Part shown: piece after piece, positions 48,197 to 61,247 of the stretch | Layout of the letters: each line of letters starts with the position of its first letter | Position numbering within the stretch: position 1 is the first letter of the stretch | The notes under the pieces: generated by a model | What the model was told of the DNA's origin: nothing | What the model saw: the letters and a program-made list of their open reading frames with translations, nothing else | Databases searched by the model: none | Translations under genes and position numbers: made by a program | From: Fonticula alba ATCC 38817 | Taxonomy: Eukaryota > Protista > Nucleariida | Length of the DNA: 64,000 nucleotides | Assembly (NCBI GenBank): GCA_000388065.2 | Contig: KB932204.1 | Strand: one strand, 5' to 3'

Positions 48197-50413
48197 CTAG
48201 ATCTGGTCATAATCGAGCAGTTGACCAACGAGGTCTATATGGTCCAGCCTCCGGACATTGATCACCCGGAAAGGGGCATTGCTGAGGGCAAGGGCCGAGT
48301 TTGATCGGGCGAGGGTGAATACATGGGCTTTCTCAGCCAGGCAGTCAATGAGACGCGACTGGCACTCGGGTTCCGACAGCTCGGCAATGTCCGTCGCGCC
48401 AGCTAGCCACAGGAGGGGCTGGTCCGGGGCGGAGAGGGGGAGGGGGGGGGAGGGGGGTGTCAGAAAGCTGGGAAGGATTTGAACTCGCGCGTAAATGCCC
48501 CCGCCCTGAAAAAGAGGAGAGGCGACTTACCTTCGTTGTCAGGGTGACAACCTGAGTGGCAGAGCCATCAAGCAACTGCACATCGAGCTCAGCCGCGTTG
48601 GACTCATTCACCAGTCGCAAGCGACCGATGACGGTGATGACCACAGCATGAACTTCCGGTTGGGAGGAGCTGGTCACCTCGGCCGCACATTCAAGCGGAA
48701 TGGGAGCCGGGCGGCTGATCGCAAGTGAATAATCATCCCGGAGGGGCTGCATCAGGTGCATGGGCTTTTGAGAAGCCGCAAGGTGTGGCGAGTCTGTCAG
48801 CGGCGAGGAAAGCAAGTCCACCACGGTTGCTGCTGGCGGATGCATCGCCCTGCCAGGAGTGGATGGAACGACAGCTGGGCTGGATACGCCGCGGGCCGGG
48901 GTTGATGGGACATTGGTCGGATTCGGCGGGACAGCGCTCCTCGACGCGGCAGGAGCCGCCCCTCGGGCAAAGGGTGCGGTGGAGTCCAGCTCCACCATCG
49001 TATCCACCTGTGGGATGGCCGAATGAACGATGGGCACTTCTTTGACGCCAGCAGCGACTCGACGCTTGCTGGAGGGCAGGAGAGCAGCGGACACCGGCAC
49101 TTGGGGTCAGCTCGATGAGGTGCAGCGGGGGGAGAGGGGGGAGAAGAAAGGGAGGAAAGAAAGATGCTCCACCGTTTCCACCTGCATGGCCGGATGTGGA
49201 TGTGCGCACTTGAGTTCGGCCTCGGTTCTTTGGATGAAGAGCACATCCTCCGAGGGAGTTTTGGTTGTCGGCTGGAAGGGCGGGATGTAGAGAACCCGCA
49301 TGGAGGTGGGCTCCACGAGCAACAGGCAATTTGGCTCGGACAATTGGGCGTCCACAGTGAGGGGCGAGTGAAAAGTCCCAGCACTGAAGGACAGAGCGGG
49401 GGCGCGCTTGCGTGTGGCCTTGCCAGCGCCCCCCGGGGGGGCTGTCGGAGGTGGCACCCGGGGCTTCCGGTTCCGGTGGGTCCGGTGAACATACTGACCG
49501 CCATCGGGGTGGAAGGGACAAATGCAAAGGGGATTTTGGATGAGGACCTTGGATCCCGGGCGAAGGGTCACCGCTCGGACGCCAGCAACCGGGGCCAGCT
49601 CCATGGCCGCCAGGCGCAGAGTGCCAGCCGACAGGAGCAGCCGGTGCGTGGACTGGCCCACATACTCCTTGGGATTGTCATCCGGCCGGGACGATGGGCC
49701 ATCAGCAGGGGGGCCGTCGCCTTCAACAACCTCGGCGGCGGCTGCCCCGCCAGGTCGCCTGCCAAGCCGCCCTGGGGTGTCTTCATCCTCGTCGTCTGAT
49801 GAGCCCTGGCCACCGAGACCCTCGATCCAGCGAACTGCACGTCGCATGGGGAGTGTCAGTATGAGCAGGGGGAGGGTGCGGTAGAATGATCTGCTTTCAT
49901 ACCCTCCTTCGATAGCCGGGAATCGATGCGATCCACTTGCTGCACCAAGGACGAGGAGATGTCATCACAGCGGAGGACCTCCAAAAGGAAGGTCCCGGGC
50001 AGGACGGACCCCCGACCGGGATGGGGGGTTCCAGCCGGCCGTGAAGCAGCATTTATTCCATTCAATGCCTCGGTCAGGCGCCGATCTTGGGCCGAGCCGA
50101 TGGTCTTGGCCAGGGGTTCGGCGAGCAGGCTCCGAGCAAGGTGCAGGGCCCCCGATGCACCACGGGGATTGGACCTCCGGGCGCTGGCGGACCATGAATC
50201 AATCGGCCACCGGGGACCGCGAATGCTCGAATCCGGCGAATGGAAGCCAAACAGACCGAGAGACTTCTGAAAGGCGGCCCCGGTGGTGTCGACCGAGGAT
50301 CCTTGCTCGGGGGGCTGCGAGGCGACACTCGCGATCCAGGCCGGAGATGGCTGATCTGACAGACGAAGGCCCTCCGCCAGGAAGGCTGAGAACAGCTGAG
50401 TCGCGTCGCCCAT
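48197..50413 (-). CDS. RMI1: RecQ-mediated genome instability protein 1 (RMI1), spliced
   Basis: N-terminal helix ..PSPAWIASV. OB-fold 1 LPGTFLLEVLRCDDISSSLVQQ..THRLLLSAGTLRLAAMELAPV..LRPGSKVLIQN. C-terminal OB-fold VITVIGRLRLV..ELDVQLLDGSATQVVTL. Start codon and some junctions are uncertain. Confidence 0.75.
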
Positions 50414-51171
50414 CACCAGAGTGATGGCTTTCGCGAGGCCTTTGGAGGAGGTCAAAGGAGTGGGGAGGGGGGGAGAAGGGGGGAAGACGAGGGACGCGGC
50501 GGAAGGAGGTTGTGGGGAACAAGGGGCGGGGGAGGGAACGAGGGAGCACTTTCCTGCGCTTCTGAGGGGGCAAGTCTCGGGGGGGTGGGTTCCCCATTGA
50601 TGGGGGGGAAGGGGGGGGGGGGCCGGTGGCGCGATCGTCTCGGCTGGACATCCGCCGACCGGAGGCCTCGATGGCGTGGGCACCTGCAGCCGATGTCCCT
50701 CCCTCCTTGGGCCGGCGCGATCCCTCAACTGCCGATGTACCGGCGGTCTCGTTCATCGCCGAGGGGTACCCCCCGTGAAGGCTTCTGCGCTGGCTACGGC
50801 CGAGCCCCGTCCGCTCTGGGTCGGAGACAGTGGGCCGGCTCTCGGGGCCCGGCTCGGTTCGGTGGGCTAGCGAGTTGCCGGCCGGCGTGGAAACCATCAT
50901 GCTCATCCTTGAGTGACCGGCCCCGGGGCCTGGTGCTTCCTCGGCGCGCCAGCCAAACGCCCGCGCCCGCCCGCCTGTATAATCCACACGCACACCAGAC
51001 GAGCGCGAGCACGCACGCACGCCGGACACCACCCCATCCTCCACCTGTTTCTCCTTCCTTCTTTCCCTCCCTCTATCGCCTTCCCCCTCTCTCTCCCCTC
51101 CCTCTATCGCCTTCCCCCTCTCTCTTCCCGGTCTCTCGCCTCGCCAACGCCCTTGCCTACAAGCCCGGACC

Positions 51172-54100
51172 ATGTCCCTCCTGCCGGGTCCTCTTGGCCA
51201 AACATCCGGCGGCCGGCAGACTGCTCGGCTGTATAGCCCTCCGGGTCCGCGGGAGCCCGGATCCCCGGTGCCAGTGGTCCAGCTCTTTGCCAAGCCGGCC
51301 GACCTGGATGCTCTGGCCGAGCATGTTCGCCGGTGTCCAAGCGATCGCTCCGCCGCCCTGGAGCAGCTTCGGTTGCTGTTGGACTCGAGCTTTTTCGGCC
51401 GGCGAAACCCCTCCTCCTCGCAGTCCTCCGACCTGTCTTCCAGCCCTGCCGGGCAGCTGGCCATCCCGGATGTGCAACCGCGCGACATGCAGCCCACACC
51501 CTCCGGGGTGCCAACTCGCATGCAGCAGCTCCTGCTTCGTTTCGCAGCGCGAGTGCGTCCCCCCCCCCCCCCCTGAGTCTCTCTCTCTCTCTCTCTCCCT
51601 CGTTGCTTAAACAGCCCCTTCTTTCGTGAGCCCCCCTCCCCTTCGTGTCTGACATGCTGTCCCTTTCCCCTGCCGCGCATTTTCTTTCTTCCTTCCTCTC
51701 TATCTCTCTGCCTGCCTCTCCGCCGGTTCCTGCCTCTCTTCGACTCCCCATCGGAAAGCTCGTTCTCTTGACGCCGCTGTCACTGGCGGAAATCGAGGCG
51801 GCCGGCCCGGACGTCGCTCAATACCATGTGATGCGAGAGCTGCTGCGGCGCAAGAACCAGGCCGACAGCCTCCAGTCCCCATCTGGGGCGGCCTCGGCCG
51901 ATGTTCTCCCGGTGGACGGTGCCTTTTGCACGGTGATGGTACTGCGTTGGCTGCTGCGGCACTTCAGCCGGCGCACAGCCAGCCCAGCTGGCAACACGGC
52001 CGGAAGTGGAGGCAACACTGCCGCCGGCGGTGGTGGCGGTAGTGGCAGCAGCGCCAGTGTCAGTGGCCTTGCGAGTAGCGGCCCGGGCATCTGGCTCGCG
52101 CACCAGGAGGCTGCTCGTCTGGAGCCCCATCCGGCCGTCCCTCCCCCGGGGAGTCTCTTTTCCACCGGGTCGCTTACTTTCCCCGGGAAGGTGGCCATCC
52201 TGACCGATCTCGGTTTGCCCGAAAGTCCGGCGCTCTGTATGGATCTGTTGTTTGATCTGCTGACCGGGGTGCGTCCTTGGATTTGCAAGGGCTTTGGTGC
52301 TCTCTATCCCTGGTTGCTGTTGCTGTGGGGGTTTCTTTCCTTCCCCCTCGGCCTGCCTGTCCCCTCTCTCAAACCAAGCCTCCCCGCATGCGAATTGACC
52401 TCTCCTCTGCTCGCTCGGCCGTCTGCCTCACTGCCCTGTGTCCAGACTCGCCTCGATCGCCACCTCTTCAGCGAGCACTTTGGTGATGAGGTGGCCTTCG
52501 AGCGCTTCCGCCTGGCTTCATTCCTGGATCTGCTTCGTGGACTGTTCAGTGAGCTCGCCGCCACTGGTGATCGAAATTTGCTGCCACTGGCTCGTCGGGC
52601 AGCGGAGCAGGCTCTGGCCCTGGCCACGCGTCTGCCCGCTGGGCTGGAATGTCCCGACGCATTGTCGGCTCTGACGACTTCCCTGCATCGGGCAGTGGTG
52701 GCGCTGGAAAGTGCACCTCTGCCGGCCTCCACTGCTCCATGCTTGGAGGGGGATTTTGTGTCGTCCTTTCCGGAGTTCCGCTGCCCCCTTGCACATGATG
52801 GCGATGCTGCCGGCCCGGCATCGGGCTCTCTGGCGGCGGGTCCCTTCTTTGTCAATGACGAAAAGGCCATGGTCGTCGATGCCCAGGAGCCTCGGCCCGC
52901 GGAGGAACACTTTGGCCTGTGGTCTGCAGGGGCTCTGCTGCCCTTTTTGCCTCTGCCGGGAGCCGTTCGGGCGCGACTTGGCGCCCGCCGGCCGGGACTC
53001 CCACGGATCCTGCGCGACTTGGGGGACTTTTCACCGGAAGAGATGGAGTTCCCGATGCCGGCCCTTCGAGCGGGCAAGGCCACCGCCCGGCAGTCCCGAG
53101 CTCGGGGCTCGAAGGAGCCTCTGACGTCTCGGTCTCCCGGGAACAGCACCTCGGCTGACCAAGAGGCCGGCGCTGAGACCGGGCCCACCGGTGTCCCTTC
53201 GATCACCCTTCCCCCGGCCCCGGCCCCGGCCCCGGCCCCGGTCTTGCCCTCAGTGCCAGTGCTCCCTCCGGTTCCGATGTTGCCCCCGGCCCCGGTGCCC
53301 GTGCCGAGTGAGAGACCCGAGTCTGGGGGTGGCCCGGTGTCGGCCCCGGCCCCGGCCCCGGCCCCGGCCCCGGCCCCGGCCCCGGCGCCCGGCGGTTCGC
53401 TCATCGACGCGGCACGCGCCCATGAGGATGGCATTGTCGGAGTCCTACGCCAAGCCGTGCGGGACCCATCGCTGCTGGATCTGCAAACCAAACTCTGCAA
53501 GATGTGGACCCTGATCAGCGATCACAATCGCATCCGCAAGGTTCTGGACGTGGTGCAGTACATTGAATTCCTTCAAGCCCTGCTGAATGAGCCCTTCCTT
53601 TCCAGCCAAACGGTATTGCCATTCGATTTGCTGGCAGCCGGCGCCTTCCGGGCGGATGCAATTGCTGCTGGACATGCGGCTGGGCTTCCGCAGCTTCCCA
53701 GTGCCCCGGGGGCCAACCCATCAGCCGCGGCAGCCGATGGTGGTGAAGCCACCGGCGGATCGCCCCCCGGCCAGTCGGCCACCGGTTCCGGCTCGACTCC
53801 CGGGTCGCCAGCCACGACGGTCACATCGGTCGATGCTGACGCCCTCGCGCGGTATGTCCAATTTGTGGATACCTTCCGCCAGGAGTCGCCGGTGACTCGG
53901 CGCCGGAGGCGCATGCGTCTTGGCTTTGCCGTGGTCGAGCAGCTGCCTCAGCGCGTGGTCAAGCACATTTGCATGGTGCTTCCCTTCCCCCCGCCGCGGG
54001 TGTATGTGCGTCCTTCTCTCGGCATGCCCATGTGCTTGGGCTTCCCTGTTGGCGCCCCCCCCCCCCCCCCCCCTCCCCCCTGGCCCCAAGTCGACATGGG

Positions 54101-54561
54101 CCCTTTTAGATGCACATGTGGCGATGCCCCGCGCCTTGCCCTCCCCTCTCCCCCTCCGCCACATGTCACTGACACTCTTCCATCCTGAAAGGCTGATCTA
54201 CTGGCTCTCTCTTGTGGCCGCGCAGCAAGTATGATTGCTGCCTCTCTTGTGGAATTGCGGCCGCCGACGCGGCAGCTTCTGCCGGAGAGTGAACCCGGTG
54301 CCGGGGCGCTGGCCGAAATTCTTGGCGGCATGCGGGACCTCCGAAGCATCCTGGCCCGTCTAAACCAAACCCTCGCTCCTCCTGCGGGTGGTCCAGCCGA
54401 AAGCCCCGCGCGGCCCGTTTTTGCCCAGTGGTTCTTGCTGGCAACAGCCAGGTGGGTCCGCCAGCGTGACCATCAGCCGGCGTGTCGCGTGCCGCGCTTT
54501 GATGCACTGGATCGTGTGGTGACCGCGGCCGGGGCCCTTCGCAGTGGGGTGTCCCCGGCTG

Positions 54562-54593
<32 letters not shown>

Positions 54594-55442
54594 TCTCCGA
54601 CCGACCCGCAGGATCCGGAGATGTCCTTGATTTTGGCCGCCGAGGAGGCATCTGCCTCGAGTGGCGGGTTCTTCCCGGTGGTGGATGGTCTCCGGGCAAT
54701 TGCCCACAGCCTCCTTCGATGGCTGGTTTTCCAGCTGGATGACTTCCCGGCTGCCGTGCTGGAGCGCGCTCTTCCGGCGGACCGGCGTCTGGTGGCCGAG
54801 GCTTCCACCGGCCCGGTGGGCACCGACACCGGGGCGCTTCCCCTGTTGGCGGGGCTTGGCCTGCTGTCCGAGCGACTGCCCGCGCCATTGGCCCCGAGCG
54901 AGGCCACTCTGGGGCGTTTGCGCGGTCGGCGTCTCTTCCTCGTGGCACAGCCGCTGCTCGAGTCTCTGGATCCGCGCGTGGGGCTGGTTTTCTGGATGCT
55001 CCTTTGCTCGCTGTGCAGCCGGACTGCCTTTGAGACGCGGCGTCTGGCCACCGGTCGCGTGTCCGGGTCATCGCCCGGGGCCGGGGCCGCGGGCGCTGGC
55101 GGCTGTGTTTCCCCGGGTGCCGGGGGCCTTGCCGAGTTGCTCGGTGGCCGGGGCCGGCATCGGTTGGACACCTTCACCGATCCGGCTGCCTCATGTGGTT
55201 CCTTGTCGGTCCTCTGCTTGGATCTGGAGCAACTGCGTGAATCCGGTGACCCACTTGACCCGGCTGCCATGGTGCCAGATGTGCCCGGCTTGCGTGGGTG
55301 TTCGACTCTTCTTCATCGAGTTGGTCGGTTTGCCGACCGGCAGCTGGCCGCTTCGCTGGCGGTGAGACCGCTTGTCGCAGTGCGTTTGACCAACGATTGC
55401 GTGGTCTTTTGTCCCTGTCTGAGGGACGGGGCGAGGAGGATA

Positions 55443-55483
<41 letters not shown>

Positions 55484-57253
55484 AGGCTGACCATTTTCAT
55501 CTTCAAACTCCCGATCGCCTTCGAGCAGGTTGATGCACTGGCGCATTTCATCGTGGACGCGGGTCGGTATTGGCTCGTTCCGGCCCTTCAGGCACTCCAC
55601 CAGGCTCGCCCCATGCCACCCCGGCCACGCTCCCTTGGCCTGTCGTTTGACACCGAGCTGCAATTGGCCTTCTCAGCCGCTTACATGGAGCTCTATCACC
55701 AGACTGGCCAATCGGCCGAGGTGATCCGGTATGGCGAATTCCCCCTCCCCCTCCTGCCCCGTGCCCCCTCCCGCCCCCCTCCCCTCTCTTCATCGTGCAC
55801 TCACCGGTATGCTGCTTTGCGCCATGCTAACCTGTCCAATGAAGCACCTTCGCCAACTCCGGGATTGGGGACGTTCTGCTGGCCGACGCGATTGGCATCG
55901 GTCCAGGTGCCACACGAGTAGCCCTGCCGCAGATTGATGCTCTGTTGGAGGATATCTGCCCGGATGCAAGCGCCGGCTTCGCCGCACTGGCAGCCCTGCG
56001 TCGGCGCCAGGTGGCCGAAGTTGCCGGCCCCGGCGCGCCGGCCGCCCCAGTGTACGGGTCGATTCGCCAATTGCTGGATGAGGGTCTTTCGCTGTTGGCT
56101 CGGCGGGCCGTGCGTAGCCTCGTCGAAGCATCCCCCTTCGCTGGGGAATTGAACCGGCCCCAGGGGGCTTGTGCAGCTGCCTTGGCCGCAGTCACTCCCC
56201 TGCCTGGGGACCATCCCCTGGCCGCGGCATCGCTGCTGGACCTGCAGCCGGCCGCCGGTGCGGTGGTCTATGCCCCGGGGCTGCTGGGCCCGGATTTGGG
56301 CGACACGGCCTTCCGGGCTGAGCCTGGCTCCTCGTTGGCTCGGTATGGGCCAAATTCCGGTCCCCTGCCGGCGCCTGTGGCCCAATCCGAGGAGCGTCTT
56401 CTGTTGCTGGTCGCCAGCGAGGCACTGGCACCGCGCTTGGCGGCGACACACGAGTTCCATGTGCTCTTGATTCATCGTCTCGTGGTGGCTCTGGTCGCGG
56501 AACGGCGTGCGTGTGCCCTCCTGCCCATCTCTCCCTCGGTCTTTCTCTCTCTCTCTCTCTCCCTGCCTTTGTCTCTGTGTCCTGGTGACAGGCATCCGAT
56601 GCATTTACTGACTCCCTGTCGGCCTGGTGGGTGTGTTTGCAGGGCATGCGGTTGCGGCACTCGTCTGCCAGCTGATTCCGCTGGAGTTCGGCCACCTCTT
56701 CCATCCGATCCTCGAGGCGGCACCCGCAGCCGTGGCCCGGTTTTCGGATTTACTGGCTGGCCCGAACTTTCTCCGACCCAGCCTCGGTCACTCGCTCGAG
56801 GAGCTTATCCATTTCTCGTGGGAGCCACGCTTGCTGCAGTCCCTGGCAGGTGCGCTGTTGCTTCGCTGCCCCTCTCGTCTCCCTGCCGGCCCTTCCCCTG
56901 TCTTGCGATCATCTTGTGCGAGCGGCCCCTTTGCCCTTGACTGACCTTCTCTCTCTCTCTCTCTCCTCCTCCCACTCCTGATCCCGATATCGCCGTTAGG
57001 CATCATCAAGCACCAGGGCCCAGCCGGATCGACTCACCCATCCTTCACACGTGTGTCCGAGGCAATCGCTCGCCGGCCGGTGCTCATCCCCCAACACCGA
57101 AAGGCCCTGTTGGCTGGAGAGCTCCTGCGGACCATTTGCTCGTCCTCCCGCGTCCGAGATCAGCTCTCCGGGCAGCTTGTCGCTCGACAGCAGCTTGTCG
57201 ATGGATTTGAGACGGCACCCAAGCATGAGCTTGCCTTCCTTGCCTGGGATTAA
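51172..57253 (+). CDS. Large hypothetical alpha-helical protein (multi-exon)
   Basis: A chain of long open exons separated by GT-AG introns with CT tracts, ending ..KHELAFLAWD* at 57253. Leu/Ala-rich with a (PA)n linker. No family confidently recognised. Confidence 0.6.
53342..53388 (+). repeat. (GCCCCG)n coding hexamer repeat encoding (AP)n
   Basis: Tandem GGCCCC units translate as APAPAPAPAPAP in the large ORF. Confidence 0.85.
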
Positions 57254-57499
57254 CCCCCCCCCCCCCCCGCCCTGGGAAGGTCGCCTGGGGGGAGGGGTTT
57301 GGCGCCCGGGGACCCTGCCTTTGACACATGCAATAGACTTCCACATCCCTGGTTTGGCACTCAGATCGGATTTCGAGGGAGCACATTCAATGTGGGTTGT
57401 GTGAGTGTTTTTTTTTTGCACCCCAAAGAGGAGGAGGCAGAGGAGGGGGAAGGGGAGAAGAGGGGAAAAGACACGGGAAAGGAGGTGGCGCGCCGCCCC

Positions 57500-60379
57500 T
57501 TACGGGGCCAGATGGTCAACACGGCGAGCACGGAGCCGGAGCTGAGGCGTGACATCCTTGCTGTCATCATCATCGCCATCCACAGGGGCAGGGCTTAGCC
57601 AAACCTCCAGCTCAATGGCGTGCGCGTTCTCCTCCCCCGGGGGGAGAAGTAGCACACCATGCTTCAGCCAATGGGCAGCCTCGGCAAGTGGGGAATCATC
57701 AGCCCGGGGCTCCCCGGGGCCGGCATACCGAATGGAGAAAACAATGGAATCGGCCAGATGCCTGTCCGAGGGGCTTTTGCAACGAAGCAGGGCTCGAGCT
57801 ACGAGAGTGGCACCAGTCCCTGGCGCTGGCAGCGCGTCGGCGGAAAAGTCGACCCTCCAGACGGCCGGATTTGGGCAAGTGTCTCCCAAATCGGCTTGGG
57901 TATCCAGCAGCCGGTGGGGATATTGCCCAAGGGCATATGCCTCGCAGAGGGAGGACCAGCCATCACCTTGCACGACCGCAGCCGAGTCGAGCGACCCGGT
58001 GACCGAGGAAAAGTGCGCCAAATCCAAAGCAAGGGGGGCTGGCCGGGAGCTCGACCGGCCCCAAGGCGTCTCATGGAGAGACCAATCGACGAGCAGCGGC
58101 CGGGGCAGGGGTGCATGCGCCTGCCACAGCTCCGGCAGAGCGGCCAGCTGCGCATGCAGGGAAAAGCCTCCGGGCGCCAGATTGGCAATGCCGGCGTCAA
58201 GCGCCTGTCGGGCCATGCCCCAAGCGCCGAGTGCCTCGAGCCAGGGCAGCTGCCCCTGGCACGCGCCGAGGAAAGGCTCCTGCAGGAAGACATCCCAAGG
58301 GGCCGCGTGGGGGGCATTCGAGAGGGCACAGTGCGGGAGCAGACGCACAGTCAGCGCCCCCGGGGGATGCCCATCAGCCAGGACATCTCCCGGCCAGGAT
58401 CCCAGTCGCCCGGCCACAATGTGCACATCGGGGAAGGCCGCGGCGAGGGCCGTCTCGGTGGCCGCCACCGGACTGGAGCTTAGGTGACTGATGAAGATGA
58501 CCCCTGCGAAGTCCTGCTCAAGGGCCGCGGCCACAATCACCAAAGGCAGGGCATGGTCATCTGCGCGCACGAGAACACGTCGAGAGCCACCGAGCCCGGG
58601 GGATGTCGCCCGGTCAAGAGCCCATCCCGCTGCCCGGCGCTGTGGCAGCCAATACCCCGGCCCGAGATTCAGTTGGGCAATGCGCTCACGCGACAGGCGA
58701 TGGTGCAGCCGGCAGTGGCAACTCCCCGGGCCGGCGGGCGGGAAGTCCGAGGCAGGAGCCGGGTCGGCGCCGGGCCGAGCATCTGCCCACATGGCCCAGG
58801 CATTATGCCACACGCCGAGAGTCACCGAGGTGGGCGCTTCGTCCCCCGCAAGGGGAAACGGCCGGGCCAGAGGGCAAAGGATCTGTGTCCAGTGATCACG
58901 CCAGGGGTACGGCCCGGCAGCCAGGGCATCTGGACAGCCGGAGGCTGCCCATTCGGGGGCGGTGCTGATGCGCAACGGCCGGAAGGCATGCTCACACCCA
59001 CGCTGTAGCTGCTCGCTGGCAGGGCACCCACACTGCTCCGAGATGAAGGCCGCATCGTCGTCGGCCAAGTGCCCGGCCATGGATGGCTCATTGTCGGCCG
59101 GGATGGGGATGGAGTCGGGAAGGAAGAGGTCGGCCGTCCACCACACAAGCAGAGCCTCGGCCACGGGGGGACCACCGCCGGTGCCGGGGGTCCGAGGCAG
59201 GAGAGGGACGCAAGCGGATCGACTAAACTCCGGCTCATCGCCGCAGTCATCCTCGCTGTCATAGCCATCGGTCGTATCACCGGTGTCGGTTTGGCTCGCC
59301 CAGGCATCGGCCTCGCTGTCACTGCCATCGATGTCACGGTACAGGGGGGCGGGATGCTCGGCCCCCGGGCACTCGCCGAACCACGGGCGCTCGGGATGCT
59401 CGCGCAGGTCAAAGCTCAACGCTCGCCAGGGCAGGGTCAGTGGCTGGATCTTGCCCTTCATGGATGGGGAGTTGACCTGCACGGAGAGGGGCACCGGGAG
59501 GGCGTGGCAGGGAATGGCCGACCCGTGAGCCGGCAAGGTGGGCGACTGAAAGTGCAGTGTCTCGCCGGCCGGGCCGACGCCCACCTGCGCGCCGGCACAC
59601 GAGAAGGAGGCCGACACCGAGGGGGCCACGGCCACCAACTGCATGTAGAGGGTTGCCCGAGCTGGGACCACAGGCGCGCCGGGCTTGAGCAAGCCCCGCC
59701 GGCGAGCATCCCGCACAACGGCCAGCAACCCCTCGCCGACCATCTCATTGTCCAGGAGTTCGGTCACCAGAAGGTCGGCTGGGCCGCCGAGATGTCTGTC
59801 TGATGTGGCACAGCAGAGATGGAGTTAGAGGGGCGAGTTGCTTGGGCCATGTCCCGGCTTTTTGTCGGCCCACTTTGCGCATTCAAACGGGCCCACACTG
59901 GGCCACATCGTACTGGGTAGCAATGAGGTGCTCCTCTTGGCAAGCACCCGCACCGGGGCCGGGTGCCTCGAGCCGGACGTGCAGCTGGCCTCGCCCGGGG
60001 GGTTGTCACGGACCACTCTCTGGGCAGCCGCAGCCACGAGGGGCACCGCTTCGCAAGCAACTACCTCACTCACAACCCCCGGAGGAGCCACTCGGGCCGC
60101 CAGCAAGGCCAGTAGCCCGCTGCCTGTGCCGATGTCCAGCACTTTCAGACCGCCCGCTGGACGTCGGTCCGGTTGGAGGTGAAGCTGCTCAAGGGACAGC
60201 CGCAGGCCCCGGGCAAAGGCGGCATTTCGCTCAAAGTCCAGGACCATCGACGCGTGCAGGGAATCCGCGACCGCCTCCGAGGAGTCCATATGGCCGATGG
60301 TGGTGGGAGGGTCGGAGGGCGGTGCCAGCATGGGGGGGCCATGCCGCGCCACCACTGCCGCCTCAGACGGTGCCATCAT
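57500..60379 (-). CDS. PRMT7: Protein arginine N-methyltransferase 7 (type III), 2 exons
   Basis: HASMVLDFERN, motif I VLDIGTGSGLL, ACEAV, double-E loop ADLLVTELLDNEMVGEG, VVPARATLY and WRDHWTQ, followed by a degenerate second module (HCRLHHRLSRERIAQLN..EPF). One phase-1 intron near 59800-59911. Confidence 0.88.
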
Positions 60380-61247
60380 TCCGAACGTCGACAGATGCCC
60401 AAGGGAAGGGAGTGGCCAAGGTGTGAGGCAAAAGGAGGGGACTTCAAGGAATAGGGGGGGGGGGGAGGGGGCGGGGGGTATGGAGCCAAGTTGCATGCGC
60501 GGGACCCAACACCAGGGCCCATAAATAAATGCCCACCGCCGTCATCATCACGACCCTGCGCGGTTCCCTGGCCGCCCCCCGTATATTGTGCCCGAGAGAG
60601 CGTGAGAGAGCGAGAGAGCGAGGGAGGAAAATGTCCACGTCTTTTTTATCTATTTCAGCGGGTGGGAGAGGTATATACTTCGGCTGAAGGGAAATGCGTG
60701 CGGAAGGCGCGCAAAGTAGCACATGTATGCATGGTCGAGGGGGAGCACATGCCAGGGGGTTGGGGGGGACGAAGATAATGATACAAGGAGGCTGGCCCGC
60801 ACGCGGACATCATGCAAAAACAGACATGCACCTGTTTGCACCTTCGCACAAATGGCAAACGGGGGGGGGGGGGATTGAGAGCCGGCGGATCGCACCTGTT
60901 TCCTCTCAGTTCCTCTCTCTCTCTCTCTCTTTCTCCCGGCGCTCCGACGTCCAGGTCCCGCGTGCCCCGCGGCTGATGGCGGGAGCATGTACTCCGTTGG
61001 CAACTGAAATGGCTGGATGTTCCCACGCGTCGGGGATCTCCTCGGGTACCATGATGGGCTTGAGGGCGCGGGAGGGGGGGGGGGGGGGGGGGGGGGGGGA
61101 GAGGGAGAGAAAGCTGGAGGGAGAGGGCCTTCTAAGCCGTGTGTCTTCTCTCTCTCTCTCACACACACACACACAGCTGGCCTCACAAAGCACAGAGCCG
61201 CCCTCCAGAGGATACCCCGGGAGGGGAAGGCCAGGCCTGCCTATGGC

